A DNA stretch of 64,000 nt from the human T2T-CHM13v2.0 reference genome, Homo sapiens (GCF_009914755.1 NC_060942.1); one strand, 5' to 3'; numbered from the stretch's first letter, positions 49,423 to 63,140 are shown. The notes: generated from the letters alone by a model not told the origin. Numbers and translations are program-made.

Positions 49423-50182
49423 AAGGCTGATTTTTAAGAAATGCTATTTGAGAATTTGTCCCTTTAGTATTTCTGTTTTGGGTCCTGTTGGATCAATTAT
49501 GGCATATGAGGGCTGAGGAGAGGTAAGAAATCTCCCAGTTTAAATACATACAGTTAACTTGTAATTTATTAAATACCCTTCATTTGCTTTGTAATTTTAC
49601 ATATATGTTTTATTTTATGATATTAGTCTTAGCATACTTGGCTATACCCGTGAGGAGAGTATTGGAAGCTCCAGGGAACTGCAAGTCCATGATAATATTT
49701 GGAGGGGTTATATGGACAGAAATTGGATTTGGAGATGAATATTGCAGAATTCTCTCACATCATCTAAATGCAGTATAATTGTGGCTTAGGTGTTTTGTTG
49801 TTGTTCTTTCTGAGTATTCATGGTGTAAGAATACACCCATCCTATTACTTAAGTTTTGTTTTCTCATGCCAAGGCTGAGAGCTGTCCTTGTCATTCCCAG
49901 GAGAGAGCAGTCATCTAAAGTGGAATGTGTGAAAGTCTCTAATAGCTGCTTTACGATGCTCATTAAAACTAATTTTCGTGCTCTGTATATATGCCCCTCA
50001 GTTTTCATTACAACGAGTAGCTGGTTCTTGTTGCTGATAAGTATTTCAGACACATTAAACGCAGTAAGAAATGGTAAGTACAGAGTGTTTAACAGGTGTA
50101 TTTTTTATTTCTTGGATAAAGGTAGCAATTTGCACACATTTGGTTTTAATGATTCCTGTTCCCTCCCTGTTTCTCTTGTTAG

Positions 50183-50287
50183 TAATATCCGCTGTTTCAA
50201 GATTGATCAGCCTTCTACAGGAGACGCTTCCGGAGCCCCAGCTGTATGGAGTCATGGTTACACTGAAGCTTCGGGGGTAAAAAACAA
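50183..50287 (+). CDS. PHLPP1: PHLPP1 coding exon (probably exon 14), 105 nt, linker and start of the PP2C domain: NIRCFKIDQPSTGDASGAPAVWSHGYTEASGVKN(K)
   Basis: Acceptor ctcttgttAG at 50181-50182, donor GTaagt at 50288; phase 2-2. Confidence 0.94.
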
Positions 50288-51057
50288 GTAAGTCAGATGA
50301 AACTTTAGAGGAAGAAGTGCCTCCTGCCTGTCTCACTCCTTTAGTTGGGTAGAAAGAAACTCAGTGCTGTAGCACACACTTTTCTCATGTAAAATTTCTT
50401 TGAGTATTGCAAGTTTCCCCAGAGTGAGGCTCCCTCACGACTTATGTTTGAACATTAAGGGAAGGCCCTGTTTGGAATCACATAGTCTCCCTTAGTAGGA
50501 GACGTTGCTAGGATACAAGGTAACTGACACATTATATCTATGTAAGACTCCAGTGTTTAGAAAAGGCCTAAGTATTGAAATGCATCCCTGCTCCTTTGAA
50601 AAGCTCCTTTATCTTCCTCTGACGCTTGTTTACCAAGCAAAACAGAGATAGTATTAAAGGAGAAGTAGCTTAATTGTGCATATTTAAGATCACTCATGTT
50701 ATTGACTATGGAGCTGTTTTTACAATCTAAATTAGCTTGGCAGCAGTTTGATGTCCATTGTCTGTAATGTCATCTGCTTGTCTTGCCACCAGGACTTGCC
50801 CATCTTAATATCTTTTTCTTCTCCATTTTCCCCACCCTTCCCTCTCTTAGATACAGATATTGATTTTTCCTGAAAAATGTAACCAGGCTTTTCAGGCTTG
50901 CTTGTATTATATGAAGAGGTGCTAATAATTAGTACCTAGACAGGTAAAGAATCCTGTAAATTAGAACGGCCATAATTTAATTAGCTGAAGTATAAGAACA
51001 CAGAAGTATTGTAAGGAAGAACAGAAAGTGGAGGTAGATCTAATAATAGCTAACATT

Positions 51058-51200
51058 AGTATTCAACCCTGGGCACACATTAGAATCAGTAAGGTAAGGA
51101 AAGTTTTTAAAAAGTCTCCCAACCTAGACTCATTAAATCAGAATGTTTTAAAATCTCCCCCAGGTGATTCTAGTATGGGTCTAGGCTTGAGAACCACCGA
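51058..51200. mobile_element. MER5A-like fossil
   Basis: cacattagaatca...ctccccaggtgattcta...ttgagaaccac. Confidence 0.7.
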
Positions 51201-52267
51201 CTAGCTGAATACTCTTCATAGAAAATAAAAGGTTTGGAATTGTTGCTGCCATTCTGCCTGCTTTTCTTTGGAACAGAAAACAGCATCAACTCAAATTCTG
51301 GATCTGACACATTGATCTTTTCCCCTTTCCCTAAGGTGTCATTTGGCCTTGTGCTCTCTAGAGAAGAGTTAACAACTCTGTTCTCTTTGCTCAGAAAAGG
51401 CAGAATAACCCGAGGAGGTGTGCCTCAGTTCTGCCTGGGCTCCAGCTACTCCCTCATTTCCATGGACTTTGCACAGTATGTCATTGTGTTGGGACAGAGG
51501 AGAATTCATATATTCTTTAGAGCACTCAGAGTTTCTTTCTGGAGATCATTACTTTTTAGATCAAAGGATCTTTTATGTCTTCCTTACAAACACCAGTAAA
51601 TGAAACTGCTCATTTCTGAACACTAATGTGAAATCTAAGATTAGTTTTTAAATATCTCTGTATATTAATATCTAATATCTACTCGTGTCTTAATGGAGCA
51701 AGTAACCAATTAGATCTGGGTGGGCTTTTGGGCATAATTCCCCCTTCCACAATTGTGTCACATAGTACCATTTGTGTACAGCAAAGTGCACTGCAACCCT
51801 TTGAATTCTTGCAAAGTGAACACACCTTCAGACCACCACCTGTATCCAGAAATAAAAAATGAACAGAGTCATTGAAAGAGAAAAATAAATAAATAAATAC
51901 AAGAAATAGAAAATGGACAGCATCCCAGTAGTCCCAGGCTATGCTTGGCCCTCCCTTTATATTTTCCCTTGCTTTTCTTACCCTTTGGTTTTGCCAATAA
52001 AAGTTTCTCGAGAGGTTTTTGTTTGTTTTTTGGTGTTTTTTGTTTTGTTTTTGTTTGCATTGTCAATAGTTATTTAAACACAGAGTTTGCTGCTTGCCAC
52101 CTTAAAAGAAGGGGAAAACTGGTTGTCCTCTCTCCGAATCTCAATAGACATCTATTCTCTTCTCTCCCTCCCTCCTTTTCTCTGAGGTGTAGTATTGCCT
52201 TCCTGTCAGGTCATTTCAGATCCTTTGGGGAAACCCAAGAGGGAGCTACAGTTGGATAATCAGCCTC

Positions 52268-52573
<306 letters not shown>

Positions 52574-52859
52574 TAGCCTCTTCTTTAGGTTAAAAACCAA
52601 ACAGGAAACTTCACCAGAAAAGAAATGCTAAGAATGATCACCACTATACTTTAAAAAAAAAAAAAAGAAAGAAAAAAAAACTACGTTACTGTATTTTTTT
52701 TTCTCTTTCATACTACCTCATTCCAATTAGCAAGGGGAGCCTACAGAAGGAAGACGGAATAAAATGACTTTAAAATTTAACTTTGCCACTAATTGCCATA
52801 TAATTTTGGATAACTTGTTTTTCATAATAAATAGAGGCAAGAATTTCAAAGGATTGAGA

Positions 52860-53090
52860 TAGAAGCCAGGTTGCCTGGCTTTGCACCTGGGTTCTATACT
52901 TTCTTGCTGTGTGACCATGGGCAGTTTCTCAGTCTCTCTTTAGCTAAAATAGGAAATAAGAAAAAACTACCTATCCTCATGGGGTTGTTACAGGATCACG
53001 TGAGTTAATATGTATGACATACTTAGAACAATGTATGCCATATGATAAACCCTATTTAAGTGTTAACTACTAATATTATTAATGATAATG
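52860..53090. mobile_element. MIR
   Basis: tgctgtgtgaccatgggcag...acctatcctcatggggttgttacaggatcacgtgagttaata. Confidence 0.7.
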
Positions 53091-53280
53091 GTCATTACTA
53101 TTATTATTTATCCCTGAGCTCCTTAAAGGGAGGGATTATATTTTTAAGTTTATATATCTGGTATGTAGCCATGATACATAGCAGGTGCTTAATAATTTTT
53201 TCTTTTTATTAATTTATATATGTAAGAGGTATAATCTATATTCAGTAAAATTCACCCTTTTTAATGTACAGTTCTACAAA

Positions 53281-53582
53281 TTTTTTTTTTTTTTTTTTTT
53301 TTTGAGACGGAGTCTTGTGCCGTTGCCCAGGCTGGAGTACAGTGGTGCAGTCTGGGCTCGCTGCAAGCTCCACCTCCCGGGTTCACGCCATTCTCCTGCC
53401 TCAGCCTCCTGAGTAGCTGGGACCACAGGCGCCCGCCACCACGCCCGGCTAATTTTTGTATTTTTAGTAGAGACGGGGTTTCACTGTGTTAGCCAGGATG
53501 GTCTCGATCTCCTGACCTCATGATCCGCCCGCCTCGGCCTCCCAAAGTGCTGGGATTACAGGCGTGAGCTGCCGTGCCCGGC
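53281..53582 (-). mobile_element. AluY, antisense
   Basis: Y diagnostics, CpG-rich; TSD agttct(a/g)caa. Confidence 0.95.
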
Positions 53583-54639
53583 AGTTCTGCAAGTTTTGGT
53601 AAAAGAATATCATCATGTGTAACCACCACTGCAGGTTATAGACCAGTTCCTTCACCTACCAAAATTTACCCATGCCCATTTTTGTCAGTTCTTCTCCCCA
53701 ACCCCTGTCCTTGGCAACTCCTGATCTGTTTTTTAATCTCATTAATTTTGCCTTTTCCAGGATGTCCTATAAACAGAATTATATAGTATATGGCCTTCTC
53801 AGTCTGACTTCTTTCCCATCACATAATGCGTTTGAGATTCATTTGTACTATTGCATGTGTCAGTAGTTCGTTTCTTTTCATTGCTTTTTATTGCTGAGTA
53901 GCATTCCATAGCATGGACATATTATGGTTTGTTTTTGTTTTACCCGTTCACCATTTGAAGGATGTTTAGATTGTTTCAAGTTTTTAGCAATTGCGAATGA
54001 AAGTGCTACAGGTTGCAAACAGTTACATACAGGTTTTTTATGAATGCTTGTTTTCATTTCTCTTGGAGAAATGCCTAGGGATAAGGATTGCTGGGTCATA
54101 TGGTAAGTGTATATTTACTTTTGTAAGAAACTGCCAAACTGTTTCCAAAGTGCCTGTATCATTTCGCGCTCCCAACAGCAATGTCTAAGAGTTCCAGTAG
54201 CTACACATCCTTACCAGCAGGTGTTATTGTCAGGTTGTTGTTGTTTTGGCCATTCTAATAATAATATCTCATTGTGGTTTTAATTTGCATTTCCCTACTC
54301 TTTCCATATGTTTATTTATCATCCATATACCTTCTTTGGTGAAAACTTGTTCATTCACAATCAAATGTGATGTTAGCTCTCGGTATTTTTGTAGACACCC
54401 TTTATCAAGTTAATTCTCTTCTATATCTAGTTTGCTAAGATTTTATAATGAAATCTTAGTTTTTATAATAAACAGATAACACATTTTGTCATAGACTTTT
54501 TCTGTATCAATTGAGATGACTGTATGGTTTTTTTTCTTCTTCAGGCTGTTGATGTGTTTAATTACATTGATTGATTTTAAAATGTTAAATACACTTTGCA
54601 TTCCAAGTATAAATGCATTTGGTCACGATGTAGTATATT

Positions 54640-54937
54640 TTTCTTTTTTTTTTTTTTAGACAGCGTTTCACTCTTATTGCCCAGGCTGGAGTGCAATGGC
54701 ACGATCTCGGTTCACCGCAACCTCCGCCTCCCGGGTTCAAGCAGTTCTCCACCTCAGCCTCCCGAGTAGCTAGGATTTCAGGCATGCGCCACCATATCTG
54801 GCTTATTTTATATTTTTAGTAGAGACAGGGTTTCTCCATGTTGGTCAAGCTGGTCTCTAACTCCTGACCTCAAGTGATCTGCCCTCCTCTGCCTCCCAAA
54901 GAGCTAGGATTACAGGCGTGAGCTACCACACCCAGCC
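54640..54937 (-). mobile_element. AluS-type, antisense
   Basis: Full-length reverse-complement Alu. Confidence 0.93.
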
Positions 54938-55328
54938 TAAAGTATTATATTTCTTACATGCTGCTGGATTAGATTTGCTGTTAATTTGTTGAGGATGTCT
55001 ATATTCCATGGTGGATATTAGTCTGTAGCTCTCTTGTGATGTCTTTGGGTTTGGTATCAGGGTAATGCTGGCCTCATAGAATGAGTTGGGAAGTGTTTCC
55101 TCATCTTGAGTTTTCTGGAGGAGTTTGTATAAAATTGGTAATATAGCCTTCTTAAATATTTAAAAGAATTCACCAGTGAAGCCATCTGTTCTGGGTTTTT
55201 TTTAACCTACAATTTCTTTAAATAGGATTATCTCTTTCTTCTTGAACAAACTTTGGTAATTTGTGTCTTTCAAGGAATTAGTCTGCTTTATCTAGTTTTC
55301 AAATGTATTAACATAAGCCTGTTCATAA

Positions 55329-55648
<320 letters not shown>

Positions 55649-55864
55649 CATTATTATGCTTTTAAAATCTGTAGAATCTGTAGAGATGTTCCTCCACTCT
55701 CTCATTCCTAATGTTGGTAATTTGTGTTTTCTTTTTCCTGATCAGTTTGATTTGGTTTATCGATTTTATTGATATTCTCAAAGAACTAGATTTTTTGTTT
55801 TACTGATATTTCTCTATAATTTTTCTGTTTCACATTTCTTATGTTTTAATTTTTGTTTTATGGG

Positions 55865-56020
55865 TTTTTTGGGTTTTTTTGTTTGTTTTGTTTGTTTGTT
55901 TTTAAGAGACAGGGTCTTGTTCTGTTGCCCAGGCTGATCTTAAACTCCTGGCCTCAAGCAATCCTCCTGCCTTGGCCTCTCAAAGTACTGAGATTACAGG
56001 TGTGAGATATCACACTCAAC
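55865..56020 (-). mobile_element. Alu monomer (FLAM-like), antisense
   Basis: Single arm with (TTTG)n tail. Confidence 0.82.
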
Positions 56021-57144
56021 TGCTTTTCTTATTTTTATGATTCCCTTTCTTCTTGCTTTGGGTTTGTTATGTACTTCTTTTTCTAGTTTCTTTAAATGGA
56101 AGCTTAGATTATTGATTTGAGACCTCTAATTCTGTAATATAAGCATTTAGAGTTGTAAATTTTTTTCTAAGTAATTTCACTAATATCGTTGGAGAACACG
56201 CTTTGTATGACTTGAATCCTTTAAACTTATTTAGACTTGATTTTTGGTCCAGAATCTTACCTATCTTGGTAAAAGTTCTGTGTGCATTTAAAAAAAAAAA
56301 TTGCTGTTGGGTATGGTGCCAGTTAACTCAAGTTGGTTGATATTGTTGCTCAAGCCTCCTACCAGTTTTCTGTCTTCTTCTTCTGTTGATGATTGAGAGG
56401 CTATGAATATGGATTTGTCTGTTTCTCCTTGTAGTTCTGTCAGTTTTTGCTTCATACATCTTGAAGCTCTGTTAAGTATGTAAACATTTAGAATGATGTA
56501 GCCTCTTGATGAACTGACCCCTTTATCATTATGACTCTCTATTCCTATAATATTCTTTGTTCTGAAATATACTTTGTCTGATATTAACATAGCCATTTTA
56601 ACTTTCTTTTGATTAATGTTAGCATGGTATACCTTTTAAAAAATCCTTTTACTTTTAACCTATTTGTCTCATATTTAAAATGGATTTCTTATAGGCGGCA
56701 TATAATTAGGTCTTTTTTATTCAGTCTGAATTTTTTGTCTTTTCGGTAGTGTTAAGGCCTTTATATTTAATGAAATTATTGATATGGTTAGGTTTAAACC
56801 TTCCACCTTACTATTGTTTTCTATTTGTGCCATCTGTTCTTTATTTCCTTTTTCCTTTTTCTTCATTCTTTTGGATTATTTGTTATGATTTGATTTTATC
56901 TTTATTTATTCTTATTCTACCGTGTGTCTCTGTGTGTACATGTGTGGCTTGTTTAGAGTTTATAGTGTGATATTTAACTCATTACTGTTTACCTTCAAGT
57001 AATAGTAATGTCATTTCACATATAAGAACCTTGCAAATATGTACTTCTCCTTCTCCTGTCCTGGCCTTTATGCTGTTGTTGTCATATGTTCTGCTTCCAT
57101 CTATGTTATAACCTCCAAAATACATTATTGTTATTTTTACTTTA

Positions 57145-57621
<477 letters not shown>

Positions 57622-58569
57622 TCACCTGGCTGTCATTATCGTTGTGCTTCATTCTTTTGTACAGTTCCGGATTTCCATCTAGTGTCATTTTCTTGTGCCT
57701 CAAGGATTTCCTTTTCCATTTCTTTAGTGCCATCCTGCTGGTGGTAAATGCTTTTATTTGTGCATCTGGAAATGTCTTTATTTCCCCTTAACTTTTCAGA
57801 GCTGTTTGTACTGGCTTAGAAATCTAGGTTGTTTTCTAGTTGTTTTCCGTTGGTACGTTCAAGACGTTGCTCCACTGTCTCCTACCAGGTTTCCAGGGAG
57901 AAGCCTGCTGTTGGGCACGTCCTGGTTTCCCCTGCTCTACCTCCCGCCTTTGTTCCTGGTTTCTAGCAATTTGATTTTGATGTGTCTCAGTTAAGTCTTC
58001 TTCATGTTTGTCTTGCTTGCAGTATCTGTAGTTTTATAATTTTCTTCATATTGGAAATGTTTTCAGCCATCAACTCCTCAAAAGTGTTATCTGTCTCTTC
58101 TTTCGAAGACTCCAACTCCCTATAGTATAGTAGGCTGTTTGAAGTTATCCCACCACTCACTAAGGTCCTGGCCTTATTTTTTTTTTTTCCCAGTCTTTTT
58201 TTTTTCCTCTCTGTTTCATTTTGGACAGTTTCTGGGACACAGTTGCTTGGAAACAGTTTGATTCTTTTGAGTTTGGAGTGGAGACAGTCTCCAAACTTTC
58301 CACATTTGCCGGGAACCACTATCCTCCTCCAGTGCACTGACTGTGGACTCTGGCCACCTTGTCCTCCTTCAGCCCCCAGCTCCATCTCCTCAATGCACGG
58401 AGACCACAGCCTCCACCTGGGTCTTCCTCCCTGTGCTGCAGCCTGGACACTTCCCCAGGAGGAAGCTGGGCGGGAAGCAGGCTCTCTCCAGGATTACTGA
58501 CCTGTGCTCTTATTGTCCAGTTGGGGTTTGTTTGTTTGTTTTTCCTGCCTTTTAAAAAGGTCATTTGAA

Positions 58570-58875
58570 GGCTGGACATAGTGGCTCACACCTGTAATCC
58601 CAGCACTTTGGGAGGCTGAGGCTGGCAGATTGCTTAAGCTCAGGAGTTCGAGACCAGCCTGGCCAACATGGTGAAATCCCATCTCTACTAAAAATACAAA
58701 ATTAGCTGGGCATGGTGGCATACTCCTGTAGTCCTAGCTACTCAGGAGGCTGAGGTGGGAGAATCGCTTGAGCCCTAGAAGTGGAGACTGCAGTGAGCCG
58801 AGATCACACTACTGCACTGCAGCCTAGGTGATAGAGGGAGACCCTGTCTCAAAAAAAAATAAAAATAAAAATAAT
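58570..58875 (+). mobile_element. Alu (J/S-type), sense
   Basis: Flanking ttttaaaa(ag)gtcatttga on both sides. Confidence 0.93.
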
Positions 58876-59328
58876 TTTTTAAAAGTCATTTGAGGCTTTT
58901 TCTGTATTTGTACATGCTTTTCATATAGGTTTCGTCTATTTTTCCCAGTGTTTTAGTTTTCTATTTTGGCTGGATGTGGAGATTGTGGTTAATAACTGCT
59001 TATTGAATGTATGTGTAGATATGGATTCATAATCTTCTCTTATTTCCCATGCCTCTTTTTCCCCTTCTGTCACTGACATTTAAAAATAAACTCATCAGAA
59101 GAGAAGCATGTAGGAAGGCATGTGTGAAGCATAATTTGTGCTCATCCTTCTCTGCTTATCAAAATTGGCTGTTGGAAATTAGCTGGAGTCAGTTTACCTG
59201 CCCTTAATCTGTCTGGAGTCATGAAGAAAGAGACAAAACTGAGTTAGGAAAATCTTGAAATAAGCACTGGGCTGGGCCTGGAGCAGGAGGATGAGTGGAC
59301 TCAGCACAGAAGTGTGGTTGCCTTGCAG

Positions 59329-59523
59329 GTTGTGTGTCGCAGCCCTGTCGGTGAATAACTTCTGTGACAACCGCGAAGCCCTGTATGGTGTGTTTGACGG
59401 AGACCGGAATGTGGAGGTGCCCTACCTTCTCCAGTGCACTATGAGTGACATTTTGGCTGAAGAGCTGCAAAAAACAAAAAACGAAGAAGAATACATGGTC
59501 AATACATTCATTGTCATGCAAAG
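59329..59523 (+). CDS. PHLPP1: PHLPP1 coding exon (probably exon 15), 195 nt, PP2C-like domain: LCVAALSVNNFCDNREALYGVFDGDRNVEVP...FIVMQ(R)
   Basis: Acceptor ttgcAG at 59327-59328, donor GTaaaa at 59524; phase 2-2; PPM-type GVFDG motif. Confidence 0.95.
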
Positions 59524-60295
59524 GTAAAACTCAGAGTTCCTGCTTACCTGCTGTGTGTTTTCTTGCTCTTTGAGTGTTTATCCTCTGTTTAGAAAAGCAG
59601 GTGCCCAATGGTCTCCAAGCCATGTTTTTTGACTATGAGTACCAAGATGCATTCAGGCAAGTTTGGTGTTGCCCAGGCATCAGGAATGGTGCTCCGGTTT
59701 GAGACATACTGATGTTCAGACAACTTTGTAGAAGGCTCAGACAATGACAAGGAATTAGTTTCTCTGAGAACTGGACCTCACTGGCCTGTGTTGATTGCAG
59801 ATTTTCATCAGATTGTTTGCAATGCCATTTCTCCTCCCAAATCATGTGAGCTGTAGGGGCTTTTTAGACTTTCTGTTGTGGGGACCTCTCTTTGAAATGG
59901 ACCGTTTCTATCCTAGTTTCTTGGCCCTTATGAAATACTATCACTGGTTTGAGATAGTGCAAACCTTTGTGAAATCAAGATGGTCAGATTTTAGCCCAAG
60001 AGTTAAATCATTCTTTATATTTTGTTTTCTCCTTTATTAAATGTTCAAGACAGTGTTACTGGCAGAATCCTAGGCCATAGCCTGGAGTTGCCACCAGCAG
60101 CAGAGCTTTAGGTTGCTGTAGAAATTGTGGAATATTGTTTGTAACTCTTAGAGGAATGAGGATTCCTTCATTCAGAGAATTGTTTATTCTTACCACCTTC
60201 ATGGCTTTCTAGGTAATAATGGAATTGCCTGTCTATAAGTATTGTGCTGCAGACTCACTCATGTGGGACCCAGGAGTGATGAATGTACTGGTATT

Positions 60296-61487
60296 TGAGG
60301 TCATGAGAGCAGTCATGGTGTTTTATCCTTATCTGCTCTTTCTCTCCCTTGATATTCTGCCAGAGCAAGTAGCTTTGTTAGAGGGGTAGAAGTGGTGTCT
60401 GGGGAGGAGTGTTCAGAGCAGCCTTTACAGTGATACCTGCATCACAAATGGTTCCTCTCAGAGAGCTTGGTGGAGGCAAGCCTGGGGTGGTTCTTGCTGC
60501 TACACTCACCCCTGACTTTCAGATTCTCAGTGAGCATATACAATTAGCAACTGAACAATAATGGCTAATATCCAGCAAGCCCTTAATATGTACCAGTCAT
60601 TGTTCTAAATTACCTTATGTGTCATAAATTGTTACCAGTTAGCTGGGTAATGTTACTGAAAGTGATGTACAGTGAGGTGAAGCACAGTGCCTACGGGCTA
60701 ATAGGTAGTGCAGCCAGGACCTGACCTCAGGTTGTGAGACTCCCTTCAAAGGATGTTGTAACTAGCAGGCACATCAGCTTTCCTGTTTTTACCACCCTTT
60801 TGTTCTAGAAAAACAGCAAGCATGTATCATATGCACACACATACACATGTGCATACAGACCACAGCACAAACACATCCCTTCACAACCCCCAAAAGGTCT
60901 GCTTTTTATGCACCCTCAAGCACTGGGTAAGAATTAAAAACTGAGAACCCCAGTCTCGGATTACTTGCTATACTTTTTACAAATCACTGTGCCTGTGAAA
61001 GGGAGAAAGTAGAGATGCCTTGGAAGGGTCTAGAGCCAAATATCTGAAAGTTGGAGTTTAGGAACCTAAACTATAGGCCCTTCTCCAGGGTCTTTTGTAT
61101 GTCTCTTATTTTCCCTATCTGTTAAGAGGGTACGGGTTGTGTGGTGAGCTTTTGGTCCTTAGGGGAACTGGTCTTTGTGCGGGATTTCCTAATGCATGCA
61201 AGTAGGCAGCCCTGGTTTCCATTGCTCTTCTTGCCAGTTGCTTACCTTACACACGTGATAGGAGCAGACAGTACCTGAGGGTCTGCCCTTGTAAAACGGG
61301 AGGCTGTTTTTCTTAACTTTCTTGCTCCTGTACCACTCAGGAACAGCAGGGGCCTGGGCAGTGTTACCATTTGTGGGGCTTGCCATAGTTGTTCATGAGG
61401 CCATGGGAGCAATAATGGTCTTTTGTCCGTCTCTGCCATTTCTCTCCCTTGATAATCTGCCAGAACAAGTAGCTTTGTAAGAGGGGT
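60296..61487 (+). repeat. Dispersed direct repeat: 92-bp copies at 60296-60387 and 61396-61487
   Basis: Ungapped hand alignment, 79/92 identical, offset 1100 bp. Confidence 0.9.
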
Positions 61488-62211
61488 TTTTGATTTTTGA
61501 TTTTCAGAATTTGCAGGTGCTTTCTGTATTTGGTAGGTCTGTGGATTCTCATGATTAAAAAGATAAATCACAAGCACTTGGTATTTGATTACTAGAATGT
61601 CCTTTCTATGAGTTTTCTAGAATAGATGGTGCTGGTCCAGAAAGTCTTTACTATATAGGGCAGGAACATGAACACTCCAATACTTCAAGGCTGCTACCAG
61701 CAAACACCCTTATAAGGGGGAGAGGGTTGTCAGGTTTTTCTAAAGTGTGCCTGTCAGTGGGGTAGGGTGTTTATACCTGCTCTTACATACATGGTTTTTT
61801 CAATGTTCCTTTCCTGGGGACAGAGGGGATTTAGAGAAGCAGATGGAGAAAGAAGTCATTTTCCTGCTGTCTTTGGAGTGTGCTGATAGGGCAGTGTGGT
61901 TGATGAGGGTAGCAGGCTGTACACAGCAGCCCAGGGGCACCCGCCTTCCAGAGCAGCACCTGTGGCTTTTAATGGTACAGTGATACTGTCTTCCAGTTGT
62001 GAGCCTCTCTGTGTGGATGTGTGTGATGTCAGATTCAGGGGCTCTTTTCATCAAAGAGGCAGAGCAGTGTGTGCTTTGATGAAGGAGGCGGAGTGGAATC
62101 CCCAGCTGTCTCCTTCCTGGCCCTGTCCAGTGGTGCGGTCTTGCTGTTGAATTTGCAGAACTGGCACTGATGGGCTGTGTTTGAGTGTCACCCCCTCTCT
62201 TCGGATTCCAG

Positions 62212-62440
62212 GAAACTTGGAACTGCTGGGCAGAAGCTTGGTGGTGCCGCTGTCCTTTGTCATATCAAGCATGACCCTGTGGATCCAGGAGGATCCTTCA
62301 CCTTGACCTCTGCTAATGTGGGCAAGTGCCAAACAGTTCTCTGTCGAAATGGAAAGCCGCTGCCTCTGTCCAGATCTTACATCATGAGCTGTGAAGAAGA
62401 GCTGAAGAGGATTAAACAGCACAAGGCCATTATCACTGAG
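62212..62440 (+). CDS. PHLPP1: PHLPP1 coding exon (probably exon 16), 229 nt, PP2C-like domain: KLGTAGQKLGGAAVLCHI...SANVGKCQTVLCRNGKPLPLS...KAIITE
   Basis: Acceptor ttccAG at 62210-62211, donor GTgaga at 62441; phase 2-0; ANVG motif. Confidence 0.95.
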
Positions 62441-62744
62441 GTGAGAAAACAGGGGTGTTGCCCAGGATGGTGGAGAGGAGAGGAGAGGAGACCAGGTCAT
62501 AGCAGAAACTAGCTAGGGAGCATTTGCCTTCAAAGAACACTTTTGAAGTTGGTTTGACATTAGAATTCCAAATCCATAGTATCACAAAGCAGATGTCTTA
62601 CATTATGATGTATATGCTTGTTGGTTGCCTCTCTGCATCAGGCACTGTGCTGCGTGCTTCATGGGCATGATCCCATTCCATGTTTGCAGCCACTCTGCAG
62701 AGGGCTGCTTTGGTGGTTGAGGGCTCTACCCCTGACATCACACT

Positions 62745-62890
62745 GCTAGTTTTCATATCTTAGCTCTGCCACTTGTAGGTTGTGACCTTTAAACCTCTCT
62801 AAGCCTCAGTTTTCTCATCTGTAAAGTGGGAATAATCATGCATCTGTCCTATCTTACAAGGTTGGTATGACTTGTAAACTATGAACGTCT
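62745..62890. mobile_element. MIR
   Basis: gctctgccacttg...tgtgacctt...ctctaagcctcagttttctcatctgtaaagtgggaataat core. Confidence 0.8.
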
Positions 62891-62949
62891 ATGTAAGTGT
62901 ACTAGTTGTTATTTTGGTTCATACCTCATGTCCCATTTGAGTACACAGT

Positions 62950-63140
62950 AAGCAGTTTTCAACTGGGGGCAGTTTGCTTCCCCACAAGACATTTGGCAAC
63001 ATATGGAGACATTTTTGGTCATCACAGCTGGGGCGGAGAGTGCAATTGACATGCAGTGGATTGAGGCCACTGAGCATCCTACAGCGCTGCTAGGACAATG
63101 CTGCTCAACACCCCACAATGCACAGGGCAGTCTCCACAAC
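62950..63140. mobile_element. MER20 DNA transposon fossil
   Basis: tcaactgggggcagtttgc...gacatttggcaac...ggagacatttttggtcatcac. Confidence 0.8.

Noticed and set aside
49779-50291. 170-aa ORF running in frame into the 50183 exon
   Set aside because: Non-ATG start and the upstream part has no protein-like character; best explained as chance open intron sequence
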